Shown one piece after another: positions 1 through 18,235 of a stretch of DNA of 64,000 bases; position 1 is the stretch's first letter, and each line of letters opens with the position of its first letter. This DNA is from Hormiphora californensis (Eukaryota; Animalia; Ctenophora). Where the stretch lies: positions 2,976,001 to 3,040,000 of the forward strand of contig CM035352.1 in assembly GCA_020137815.1 (NCBI GenBank), given 5' to 3'. The position numbers were made by a program, and so were the translations under genes. Below the pieces are notes generated by a model, which was given only the letters and a program-made list of their open reading frames with translations, was not told the DNA's origin and ran no database searches.

Positions 1-764
1 TTGATTTTCTTGTTTTTTGGATTTTGGCATTTTTGACAAACTTCTGATTGAAATGGTCAATCGGGACCATGCTTAAGTTGTTTATGGGACAATTTTCGAC
101 TAAAATCCAAGATTTCATACCAATCCAATAACAGATCGTTGATTTATAGAAAATTTAAGTAGGCAAAACGGTGAAAATAAGCAAGAAAAGTTGTCATTTT
201 GACCGTTTTGCCTACTTAAATTTTCTATAAATCAACGATCTGTTATTGGATTGGTATGAAATCTTGGATTTTAGTCGAAAATTGTCCCATAAACAACTTA
301 AGCATGGTCCCGATTGACCATTTCAATCAGAAGTTTGTCAAAAATGCCAAAATCCAAAAAACAAGAAAATCAAGTTACGGTTCTCCTAGTTGGCAGATTA
401 CAACAATTTGCCCAAATCTAACCATAAATCGGATATACACGAAAACTTGGTTCTTGGTAGAAAAATGACCATTTTAACGATTGGCACGTGTTTTAAATTC
501 CTATCTCAACGTTTTCAATGGTTTAGGGGCCAAAAACCTCCAAAAAATGGTAAAAAATCAACTTTTGACCATTTTACAGTCATTTTAGAGATTCGACTTC
601 AACGGCAATCGATTCTACGTGCAAAAATAGGTAGGGGTGACATATTTCGTGTGCTAAGTCATTATGGATTTTTCGGGACCACGTTTAATATAGCCAATTT
701 TGACCCAAATCAAATAAAAGTAAAAAAAACGATTTTAGGGCATGGACTTTTTTTTCCCGCACCG
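1..764. mobile_element. Foldback/MITE, Tc1/mariner-like; left end outside window
   Basis: Near-perfect palindrome centred near 187 (about 1-171 pairs with 203-373). Probable right terminus ...CCCGCACCG|TA at 764-766 resembles a TA-flanked Tc1-type end. Confidence 0.65.
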
Positions 765-1247
765 TAGCGCCATTCTGTAGACCCTCAGCTACCACGTACA
801 AGTGGTGGTTTCCCGTTGCATGCTAGGTCGTGTTAAAATTTCACCAGGCACGCCGTGTGCTTACTAAAATTATGATCCTTCCCATTTCCCATGTATTGTG
901 GTTGAAAAAACTTAACTGTCTCTTTCCCAATTGAATAATGGACGACCTTGTACCCATCACAGCATTGTAATTTATATTGATAGAACATTGTACAACTCAT
1001 AGTTAGAAAACATTGGTTAGGCCTATTCTACAGATTATTACTGTTAGCCTTATACTTTGTAATGCTATTTACTAAACAATAGCCATTAGCCATACCATTT
1101 ACTATTCTAGGGTTCATTAATAGTACTGCTGCTATCATGTTATTCAAATCTAGCCCTATACTTTGTGATACTATTCACTAAACAATAGCATTTAATGAAT
1201 TATTATTAACTACCCTTTTTACGGGTATAGCACACCACAAACTACTT

Positions 1248-3584
<2,337 letters not shown>

Positions 3585-3811
3585 GACTATAGGAATACGG
3601 GATAAGTAGAGGATTTGAGTGAACAAATTGGACAAAATAAAACGTCATAATTTTAAGAAAACTGCTTAAATGTCTGACCTAAAAACATGCAAACTAACTT
3701 ATTTGATACAACCCATAAAAATACATGATACACAAGTTTAAAACAGACTGATTGATATCATCACTAAAACACACTACATAATTTGTTTCTTACAATGTGC
3801 AAACTAAGAAC

Positions 3812-3920
3812 CAGGAACCGACCGAACGAAGTAAACTATCAATCAGAACTCGTTATATAGGTCACGTGACTGGTTATCAGCCAATCAGGGACCAGTATTT
3901 CCTGATTCGGTCGGTTCCTG
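3812..3920 (+). mobile_element. 109-bp hAT-type MITE
   Basis: TIR CAGGAACCGACCGAA / TTCGGTCGGTTCCTG; 8-bp TSD CTAAGAAC at 3804-3811 and 3921-3928; second copy at 18046. Confidence 0.92.
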
Positions 3921-4088
3921 CTAAGAACATAATTCATTATAAAGTTGGATTTGAGATTAAAGATTTGTTGTACAATGGTACTCTGTCATGGTCAATATGA
4001 CTGAGCACCATTGTTATATACGACTAACGGCGAATGGTCCACTCAGCCATATATTACATCACGTGGGGATCACGTGATTAAAAAACAG

Positions 4089-4997
4089 TCATTTAATCTT
4101 CTTATGCCACTCCTGACCCCTAAACTGTGAAATAACTTTCACTGCATTAGCTGATCTCGCCTTTCTAATGGCATTAAAAACCCGTGTGGGTATGATCTTG
4201 ATCAGCCAAACCAGTAGTAGGAACCTCCTGGGTACAGCCACCACCTCCTTCCCTTCCTGGGCAGCAACAATACCAGCACTAGCGACCTGCTCAGGAGAGA
4301 TAGCACTCACGAAACTCTCGATACCTCGTATCATACCAGTGTTAACGAACCAAGGACACACTGCTGTGAAGTTAACATTTGTGTTTCCATGAGCAGCAGC
4401 TAACTGCCTGATTGTGTTGATTGAACCAGACTTAGCAGCGCAATAATCCGTGCTGTCCATGAGAGGTAACATACCAGCCATGGAGGCGATATTGATAATA
4501 AACCCCTGGTCCAATCTGAGCATGTCAGGGAGGAACTCTCGGATTAGCCACAGATTAGACACCAAGTTAACATTTAGGGCCGCCTGGATTTGGGTCATCG
4601 TCAGGCTTTCTAGCGGCTTTCCAAATGCAATACCAGCGTTATTTACTAGTACAGTAATAACAAATTCCTCTTTACTTGTGGCGTATATCTTCTCCTTTAG
4701 TTGTTCAACCTCCTCTACCTTAGTAAGATCACACGTGTAGGCCCTGGCATTACCGCCTGATTTCTTTAGCTCTCCCACAAACTCCTCTAACATCTCTGTG
4801 TTGACATCAACACAGTGAACTGTGTTACCCATGGCAACGAACTGTCGAGCAAATGCAGCTCCGATTCCCTGGGCAGCACCCGTGATAAGGACATGACGAC
4901 CTGAGATTGTCTGACGAGGACGGCACCGGAACAAGAAGTATATTATCTCCAGTAACCAGTAGACAGGGACAAGGAGGAGCTGCTTCAGAACAGACAT
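4089..4997 (-). CDS. Short-chain dehydrogenase/reductase, SDR16C (RDH10/HSD17B11-like), intronless, 302 aa
   Basis: N-terminal hydrophobic anchor, TGAAQGIG cofactor motif, VNNAG, catalytic YCAAK, VCPWFVNTGM. Start taken at MSVLKQ (4997) rather than the upstream ORF start. Confidence 0.9.
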   Translation of the reverse strand: MSVLKQLLLVPVYWLLEIIYFLFRCRPRQTISGRHVLITGAAQGIGAAFARQFVAMGNTVHCVDVNTEMLEEFVGELKKSGGNARAYTCDLTKVEEVEQLKEKIYATSKEEFVITVLVNNAGIAFGKPLESLTMTQIQAALNVNLVSNLWLIREFLPDMLRLDQGFIINIASMAGMLPLMDSTDYCAAKSGSINTIRQLAAAHGNTNVNFTAVCPWFVNTGMIRGIESFVSAISPEQVASAGIVAAQEGKEVVAVPRRFLLLVWLIKIIPTRVFNAIRKARSANAVKVISQFRGQEWHKKIK

Positions 4998-5149
4998 GTC
5001 TCTCCTTGAAAAAACAGAGCGGTAAATAGATTGGAGACAGGAGAAATAGCAGTAAGTAAAAAGAAGCGATAGATTGGGATAGATTTGAGATATATCTCGG
5101 AACAAGGTGAAGGTAAAGTGAGAGAAAGAGATAAGAATAAATAGGGAGT

Positions 5150-6068
5150 GTGTGTGTGTCGTGTACCTCCCGTACTTCCACCCACTTGCTGTCGTTGGGG
5201 AGCAGCGATCCCTAGATTTCACAGTTCTCTCCTCAGGTCACCAACACACATGGCTGCCCAGAGCGCCGTGCTCGATCTCCCGGTCAGGTCCCACCAAGGT
5301 AGCGCCGGGTTTCCCCGGTACCCCTTAGTGGTACCCTTCCATTGGAAGACACGAGTCGACAGACGAGAACTGTTTCGATAAAGAGCATGAAGGTCACCAC
5401 CAACAGCAGGCGCACTAGTACTACTGTACCAGTCTTACGGTACTGGGTTTCCCCAGAATAGGTTAAATCGCCGAACGATAGTGCGCGTTCATCTTCACCA
5501 TGATGAGGCACCATTTGTGCACTACCACCTGCCTGTTTCCAGGCGTGTACCTCTGATCGGGGTACAGTGGTAGGGTTCGGTCCATCGAGTCGTCATAGCA
5601 GCTATGATCGAGTCGACCCAGGTGGCGCTGTTCTTTTTGTTTAGCCGATCTAGTTGTGGGGGGCCAGTCCAAAGACTAGTGACTTGGTTTTTATTGCGCT
5701 TTTGCTAGTTGCGGATTTGCTTCTGCCGTGATGGTTTCAACAGACTCTACCTGATGAGATCAGGGCTTTGCCAGTGTGCACTTTTAAACTACCGTTGGTA
5801 TAGAATCATTTTGGTGGTAGCGTTATGTTTTATTTGAATAGACCGGATTTGGTGACTACGTTGGTGAGTTTCCTTAGTTCCAGTGGCTCGTCTTCATTGT
5901 AAATGTTTTCTTTGATGTTTTGATACTCTTGAGTGAATCTGAGGTGGTCAAGGTCAGGACAGTTTAGTAGTTTGTGTTTGGAGTTTTCTCTTTCCCCACA
6001 TAACTCACAGTTGGGATTTATGGAAGGGTCTCTGTGGGAGAGGGCGCTTCCTAGGTTGTTCTGGCCCG
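5150..6068 (-). mobile_element. 5'-truncated non-LTR retrotransposon (C-terminal CCHC knuckle, long 3' UTR, (CA)n tail)
   Basis: 13-bp TSD ATAAATAGGGAGT at 5137-5149 and 6069-6081. ORF end CELCGERENSKHKLLNCPDL with stop at 5830. About 680-nt 3' UTR ending in ACACACAC. Confidence 0.85.
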
Positions 6069-6440
6069 ATAAATAGGGAGTAACAACCAAATCACAAATG
6101 GATTCCAAAAATGAAAACGTTTTATATACACATCACATACAATCTTTACAAGTTTCAGAATCAGACTACAAAGACAACTGATCTTATACCATAAAGCAGG
6201 GGTTACGGAAGCTTTATGGTGAACAGTGCACGAACAGGTTAAATTAAACTCATGCTAAAAAACACATGCCCCCATGTCTCCAGTGTTTACCTTGGAATAA
6301 CAAAAGGAAGCCAAAGGAAGTGTCGCCTTGACAAAGCTTTACACACACAATGGATGAGAAGAAAGGGAGACTGTATTGGAAGAACTTTGCCTTGCTCGAC
6401 CCTCTGTCCCTATTAACACTAAATAGTAAATAAAGGGGCA

Positions 6441-7736
6441 CTAGTTCTCGTTATACCGATAGAAATTAACATGGTTACTGCCCCCACCACTCATAACAAT
6501 ACCATCCCTATAATCAACAGTACACGACCCGGGTACTCCATCAGTCCACAAAGCGGTGTCCAGGGTGGGTGCCCAAACTCGAACTTTAGTCGGTGTGGCG
6601 ACAACCATCGCCCCATTAGTATGAGACATATCCAGGACCTTTTCACCATCACCATAATCATACTTGCTAGCGAGCTTCATATCAGAATTGAAGCACCTTA
6701 CTATACCGTCAAATCCAGCGTACCAAAGGAAGGGAGCGTGGTATTGAATAGCAGCCGATTGGCGGTTAAACTTGATTCTTTTAAAGAGGCGTCCCGCCCT
6801 CCGATCATAGCAACTAAGGGCATGGTCTTCACCCGTACTCCAAATGTATTTATCAGAAGCAGTTACACTCAGAACACTCTTGCTATGATTCTTCAACCTG
6901 AACACTTCACTCCCTTGCCTAGTGTCGTACCCAATAACCAGCTTGCTGAACGTTCCATAAATTGCCAAATTCTCCTCAAAGCGAGAACAAAGCACAGCAC
7001 TGTGGACGTTGATTGTGTTAATTTTTGTCATCTCCCCACCCCTACCCATGTCATAGGTAAATGCGAAGCCATCCCACCCTCCAGACATCACCCGTGTACT
7101 GGCTCCATCCTCCTGATCGAATGTCCACACCCATCCGTTGTGTTCGGAGCTGGTTCCGACACAAAAAGTGGAAGGTCCTTCGTCTAGATAATTGGTGTTG
7201 TACACTCCAACCTGCATGTCTCGAGCACCAGAGAGTGCTAGATGGTTCAGAGGGTAGGACAACATTTTAACCTTTGTGATAAGCCCATAGTGGCTTGCCC
7301 CACACTCAATTTTGATACAGTTATCCGAAAAGGAGAGTTTCCGGGCTGATTCGAGTTCGTAGACACACCGCTCAAGGCCAACACTTTTCATGGCCTCAAG
7401 TTCAATCTCGTTTACTTTCAGTCGTTTGCTTTTAGATAAACGTAGCGCCCCGGTAAGTCTAACCTCCCAATAATCCTCTGAAGTCAAAATATCGTGAAAG
7501 TACCTGGAGACGAACATAACTTCAGTTCGCAAATGTCTAATATTTAGATATCCAAAAATATTTTCAATTATTTCCGCGGGAAGGTCCTGAAGTCCAGTCT
7601 TTGTAGATGATCGGTTTTCAATGGACGTTTTACGACATAGTTTGGCATCTATTTCCGGATAAACTACGTTGTGCTCCTCCTCTAGCTCACTTTCATCGCC
7701 TGAAAATTCCATTGTTTCCTCCGGTTCATCGGCCAT
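6441..7736 (-). CDS. FBXW9: F-box/WD40 protein FBXW9 (MEC-15-like), intronless, 431 aa
   Basis: F-box LQDLPAEIIENIFGYL; WD repeats LALSGARD, HNGWVWTF, VMSGGWDG, SAVLCS, GTFSKLVIGYD, STGEDHALSCYDRRAG match FBXW9. The longer ORF to 8198 reads through a MITE; start taken at MADEPEE (7736). Confidence 0.88.
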   Translation of the reverse strand: MADEPEETMEFSGDESELEEEHNVVYPEIDAKLCRKTSIENRSSTKTGLQDLPAEIIENIFGYLNIRHLRTEVMFVSRYFHDILTSEDYWEVRLTGALRLSKSKRLKVNEIELEAMKSVGLERCVYELESARKLSFSDNCIKIECGASHYGLITKVKMLSYPLNHLALSGARDMQVGVYNTNYLDEGPSTFCVGTSSEHNGWVWTFDQEDGASTRVMSGGWDGFAFTYDMGRGGEMTKINTINVHSAVLCSRFEENLAIYGTFSKLVIGYDTRQGSEVFRLKNHSKSVLSVTASDKYIWSTGEDHALSCYDRRAGRLFKRIKFNRQSAAIQYHAPFLWYAGFDGIVRCFNSDMKLASKYDYGDGEKVLDMSHTNGAMVVATPTKVRVWAPTLDTALWTDGVPGSCTVDYRDGIVMSGGGSNHVNFYRYNEN

Positions 7737-7865
7737 TGCAACTAAAGAGGAAAAAACTTGTAGATTTGACTTTTGAGCATCCATTTTGGGATCTGGAGCA
7801 TCAATAGGAGCTGGCAATAAGTCTTCTGTCAGTCCAAACACGGGCGCCGTTACGATAACGGGATA

Positions 7866-8247
7866 AGGAACCATAATAAAGTTCAAGAGCGCACCCCATC
7901 CAAGAGCGCACCACCTCCAAAAGACACCACTCCGAGAGCGCACCACATCAAAGAGAGCTCCCCATCCAGAAGATACCGCGCGCAGGGGACACCACGCGCA
8001 GAAGAGACCGCACGCGCAAATACAACGCCGCGCTGGTCTCTTCTGCGCGTGGTGTCCCCTGCGCGTGGTATCTTCTGGATGGGGAGCTCTCTTTGATGTG
8101 GTGTGCTCTTGAAGTGGTGTCTTCTGGAGGTGGTGCGCTCTTGGATGTGGTCTCTTTTGGGTGTGGTGCGCTCTCAGGTGTGGTCTCTCTTCGATCAAGT
8201 GCGCTCTTGGGTGCTCTTGGAGGCTCTTGAACTTTATTATGGTTCCT
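7866..8247. mobile_element. MITE with TA TSD and internal ~20-nt repeats
   Basis: TIR AGGAACCATAATAAAGTTCAAGAGC / GCTCTTGAACTTTATTATGGTTCCT flanked by TA; relative at 52736-53033. Confidence 0.85.
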
Positions 8248-8780
8248 TATAAGACAGCGCTTTTCAGGCCCCCAAACACGGGCGACGTTAAAATCTGGGT
8301 GTTTGGTTACGCGCAAATCCAGAATTTACGCCGCGCACGCGCGCGCGTGGTTTTTTCGCTCGGAGAAAATCACAGCTCGAATCAGTTCAAATTTTTGAAC
8401 TGAAACTTTTTCAAAAAAGAGAAAAAGAGAAAAAGTCGAGAAAAATCCGAAAAACAGGCTTTGAGGGTTAAAATAAAGAACAATAACGATTGTTGTTGAC
8501 GGGCTTAAAAAGGAATGTGTTTAGATAAGAATTAAGAACGAGGGTTTTGACCAGAAACGTCCAAATTGTGTGATAAAAGTGTGTGACAAACTTACAAAAT
8601 TAAAAGACTTGATCGCTTACGCCTTACCGGTGCCAACCGCCTAGTAAGAAATAAGGACTGTTAAAGAGATAATTAAAGCCTTATTCTAACAATCATAGTA
8701 TCGTTCATGGTCTGGATCATAGTCTGGATCACCGATCACGGTCTGGATCATGGTCTCCCGTCTCGATCATGGTCTCCATT

Positions 8781-9238
8781 ATGACTATGACTATGACTAT
8801 GACTATGACTATGACTATGACTATGACTATGACTATGACTATGACTATGACTATGACTATGACTATGACTATGACTATGACTATGACTATGACTATGACT
8901 ATGACTATGACTATGACTATGACTATGACTATGACTATGACTATGACTATGACTATGACTATGACTATGACTATGACTATGACTATGACTATGACTATGA
9001 CTATGACTATGACTATGACTATGACTATGACTATGACTATGACTATGACTATGACTATGACTATGACTATGACTATGACTATGACTATGACTATGACTAT
9101 GACTATGACTATGACTATGACTATGACTATGACTATGACTATGACTATGACTATGACTATGACTATGACTATGACTATGACTATGACTATGACTATGACT
9201 ATGACTATGACTATGACTATGACTATGACTATGACTAT
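8781..9238. repeat. Perfect hexamer tandem array (ATGACT)n, about 76 copies
   Basis: Directly visible. Confidence 0.97.
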
Positions 9239-10030
9239 GTCATGGTCTGTCATGGTCTGTCATGGTCTGTCATGGTCTGTCATGGTCTGTCATGGTCTGT
9301 CATGGTCTGTCATGGTCTGTCATGGTCTGTCATGGTCTGTCATGGTCTGTCATGGTCTGTCATGGTCTGTCATGGTCTGTCATGGTCTGTCATGGTCTGT
9401 CATGGTCTGTCATGGTCTGTCATGGTCTGTCATGGTCTGTCATGGTCTGTCATGGTCTGTCATGGTCTGTCATGGTCTGTCATGGTCTGTCATGGTCTGT
9501 CATGGTCTGTCATGGTCTGTCATGGTCTGTCATGGTCTGTCATGGTCTGTCATGGTCTGTCATGGTCTGTCATGGTCTGTCATGGTCTGTCATGGTCTGT
9601 CATGGTCTGTCATGGTCTGTCATGGTCTGTCATGGTCTGTCATGGTCTGTCATGGTCTGTCATGGTCTGTCATGGTCTGTCATGGTCTGTCATGGTCTGT
9701 CATGGTCTGTCATGGTCTGTCATGGTCTGTCATGGTCTGTCATGGTCTGTCATGGTCTGTCATGGTCTGTCATGGTCTGTCATGGTCTGTCATGGTCTGT
9801 CATGGTCTGTCATGGTCTGTCATGGTCTGTCATGGTCTGTCATGGTCTGTCATGGTCTGTCATGGTCTGTCATGGTCTGTCATGGTCTGTCATGGTCTGT
9901 CATGGTCTGTCATGGTCTGTCATGGTCTGTCATGGTCTGTCATGGTCTGTCATGGTCTGTCATGGTCTGTCATGGTCTGTCATGGTCTGTCATGGTCTGT
10001 CATGGTCTGTCATGGTCTGTCATGGTCTGT
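9239..10030. repeat. Perfect decamer tandem array (GTCATGGTCT)n, about 79 copies
   Basis: Directly visible; followed by degenerate (ATGAGACATC)n to about 10180. Confidence 0.97.
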
Positions 10031-10253
10031 CTCATGATGTCTCATGTGTCAAAAGACATTATGATACCTGATGAGACATCATGGAACATCGTGAGATATT
10101 TTGAGACATCATGAGACATCATGAGACATCATGAGACATCATGAGACATCACAAGACATCACAAGACATCACAAGACATATCTCATGGTGTCGCCATGTA
10201 TTGTATTGTCTCATGAAGTCTCCTGGGAGATGATGAAGTAGGCGGAATGTGTG

Positions 10254-10287
10254 TGAGAGAAAGAGAAAGAGAGAGTGAGAGAGGGAG

Positions 10288-10370
<83 letters not shown>
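10254..10370. repeat. (AG)n microsatellite
   Basis: Directly visible. Confidence 0.95.
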
Positions 10371-10373
<3 letters not shown>

Positions 10374-12125
10374 AGAATAGGAGAGATCGAGCTACGCGGG
10401 ATCTCTGCTGAGGGCTAGAGGGATTGCTTTCGTATCTCGCAGCTGAGGACGTTTGGCTCTCCACTGATCTTGGTGTTTTGGCTCCCTCTTCCATTCTCTC
10501 GTTGCTGCGTAACGCTCGCTGCTCTTGGGCTGAGTCGCGGTTGTCGCGCCGAGTGCGCTCTGCGGCTTGCGTCTTCTCGCTCGCTATCTCCTTTCGCCGC
10601 CCCCCGTACCGCTGGCCAAAAATCAATATGTTTGGGGTTTGGACACTTTTTTTTTATTGAGAACGTCGCCTTGACGCGCAGCTTTGGTCTCGCGGACGCA
10701 GAACTATGACCGATTTGAACATTTTGCACGGGAACAATAAAAACAGGAGATTTTCATGAGTGAACTTTTTGACAATATGACGTAAATCGCGCGGATGTAG
10801 CAGATAGCTGGTCGCGCATGACTCGCACGCATATACTATTCTCGGAAAACAGATTTACTAAAGCACTGAGCCAAGATACATGGACCTATGTTTATTGGAT
10901 TAACTTAAGTTAACATTTTGCAATCCTACTTCAGGAATACTAGCTGAACCTATCATGTATGTTTAAATGTTGATAAAAAAATTGTTTTTAATGTAACAAT
11001 TTAAAGTATCAGATTAACTAATCATTTTGCTTTAATCAAACATTAAAGTAGGGCGATACAACTTGTTTTTTTGAAAATTTTAAATTGATTTTTTCTTTTA
11101 ATTAAGTTTTTAGTCCTTTTTTGTTGTGTCCAAGGAGAAAAGAGCATGGAAGGAAGGGGAGTGGAGTGAGGACTGAGATTAGGGAGGGAGAGGGAGAGAG
11201 GGAGAGAGGGGTGTTGCGAGAGCATGTAGGTAGTCTGCTCGCGCTCTCGTTGACTCCTCTCTCGGCTCTTCTCGTCCTGCTCTCGGCTGCACTCTCTCTC
11301 TGCTCTCTTCTCTCGTCGTCTTCGCCTGTCGCTGTTCTCTCTGTCTCCGGTCGCTCGTTCTGCTCTCGACTCTCGGGCTGCTCGACTTGTCTTCCTTCCT
11401 CTCGAGATGAGGGTCTTTACCTGCGATTGTGCAAGCAGAAGAACCGAAGACAGTAAGGAAACGTGCTGATGAGAACAATAAAATATCCACTGATTTGGTG
11501 ATTTGGTACACTAAGTTACATTCTGTTGACTTGACGTAACGCGCGGACTGCCTTGAGCTGAGATCAGGCAGGTTGGTCGCGCGCGAGCTCGCACGCGCCA
11601 TATGACGTCATTTCGCGCGAACACCCAGATTTTAACGCCGCCCCCCAAACACACGCTGGCCAAAAACAAAAAATGTCAGAGCTGGGAAACTTTTTAAATT
11701 TGAGAACAAAATCTCACTGCGACGCGCAGTTTCTCGCGCGCAAAAACTATACGCGCATTGATATTCATATTTCAATCGGGGATTCAATTAAAAAAAGAGA
11801 TTTTACGTTATTGAAACTATTTGAAGCAATATTACAGTTTATCCAAGCTGATTTAACTTCAATACCACACATATTTGCCACAATTACCTACTCTAATGTG
11901 ACAATTATACCTATAGCTATAGCCTGATGACATGACCCCTATTTTATTTCGTTAGATCAACAGTTTTAAATTTGATTTCTCTATCTGTCTCATCTAATTT
12001 TTATCTCAGATTTAGCTTCTAGGTCAAACATATTGCTTGTTACAAAACAAAAACAGTAAAGAGGTATGTTATAAATTAATATGACTGTCGCCTTGTCATG
12101 TTCTCTCATTCCCTCACTCGTCAGT

Positions 12126-17968
<5,843 letters not shown>

Positions 17969-18045
17969 TGGCTGTATAACATTGGGATGTTGATTATACT
18001 AAATATGGACAGCTCCCCCTCCCCCTGCTACTACACGATAGAAAA

Positions 18046-18154
18046 CAGGAACCGACCGAATCAGGAAATACTAGTCCCTGATTGGCTGATAACCAGTCAC
18101 GTGACCTAAATAACGAGTTCTGATTGGTTGTTTACTTGTTTCGGTCGGTCCCTG
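18046..18154 (-). mobile_element. 109-bp hAT-type MITE, second copy in opposite orientation
   Basis: Same family as 3812; 8-bp TSD ATAGAAAA at 18038-18045 and 18155-18162. Confidence 0.92.
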
Positions 18155-18235
18155 ATAGAAAACAATTCACTTCAGAAACGTATATAAATAAAAATCTGGT
18201 CAATATATTTATTGTGTTATTACAGAATTTTAATT

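Larger units (their letters stand above)
8280..11643. mobile_element. Non-autonomous Mutator-like element carrying satellite arrays
   Basis: 24-bp TIR GGGCGACGTTAAAATCTGGGTGTT / AACACCCAGATTTTAACGCCGCCC; 9-bp TSD CCCAAACAC at 8271-8279 and 11644-11652. May be composite. Confidence 0.75.

Noticed and set aside
5565-5580. AACCCTA as a telomerase RNA template within the structured region
   Set aside because: Only a 7-nt match, and the region is the TSD-bounded 3' UTR of a retroelement.
5751-5765. CTGATGAG hammerhead ribozyme core
   Set aside because: No stem II followed by GAAA(C) downstream; it forms a simple CCTGAT/ATCAGG hairpin and is antisense to the retroelement.
7737-8198. 154-aa N-terminal extension of FBXW9
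   Set aside because: Reads through a MITE; a strong acceptor lies 5 nt before the ATG at 7736.
8781-10030. Possible CRISPR array or telomeric repeat
   Set aside because: No unique spacers and no cas genes; eukaryotic context; units are not TTAGGG-like and lie inside a TSD-bounded element.
8729-10114. Long ORFs (poly-VI, poly-DY, poly-MT, VMVCHGLSWS repeats)
   Set aside because: Translations of perfect tandem repeats lacking stops; no coding evidence.
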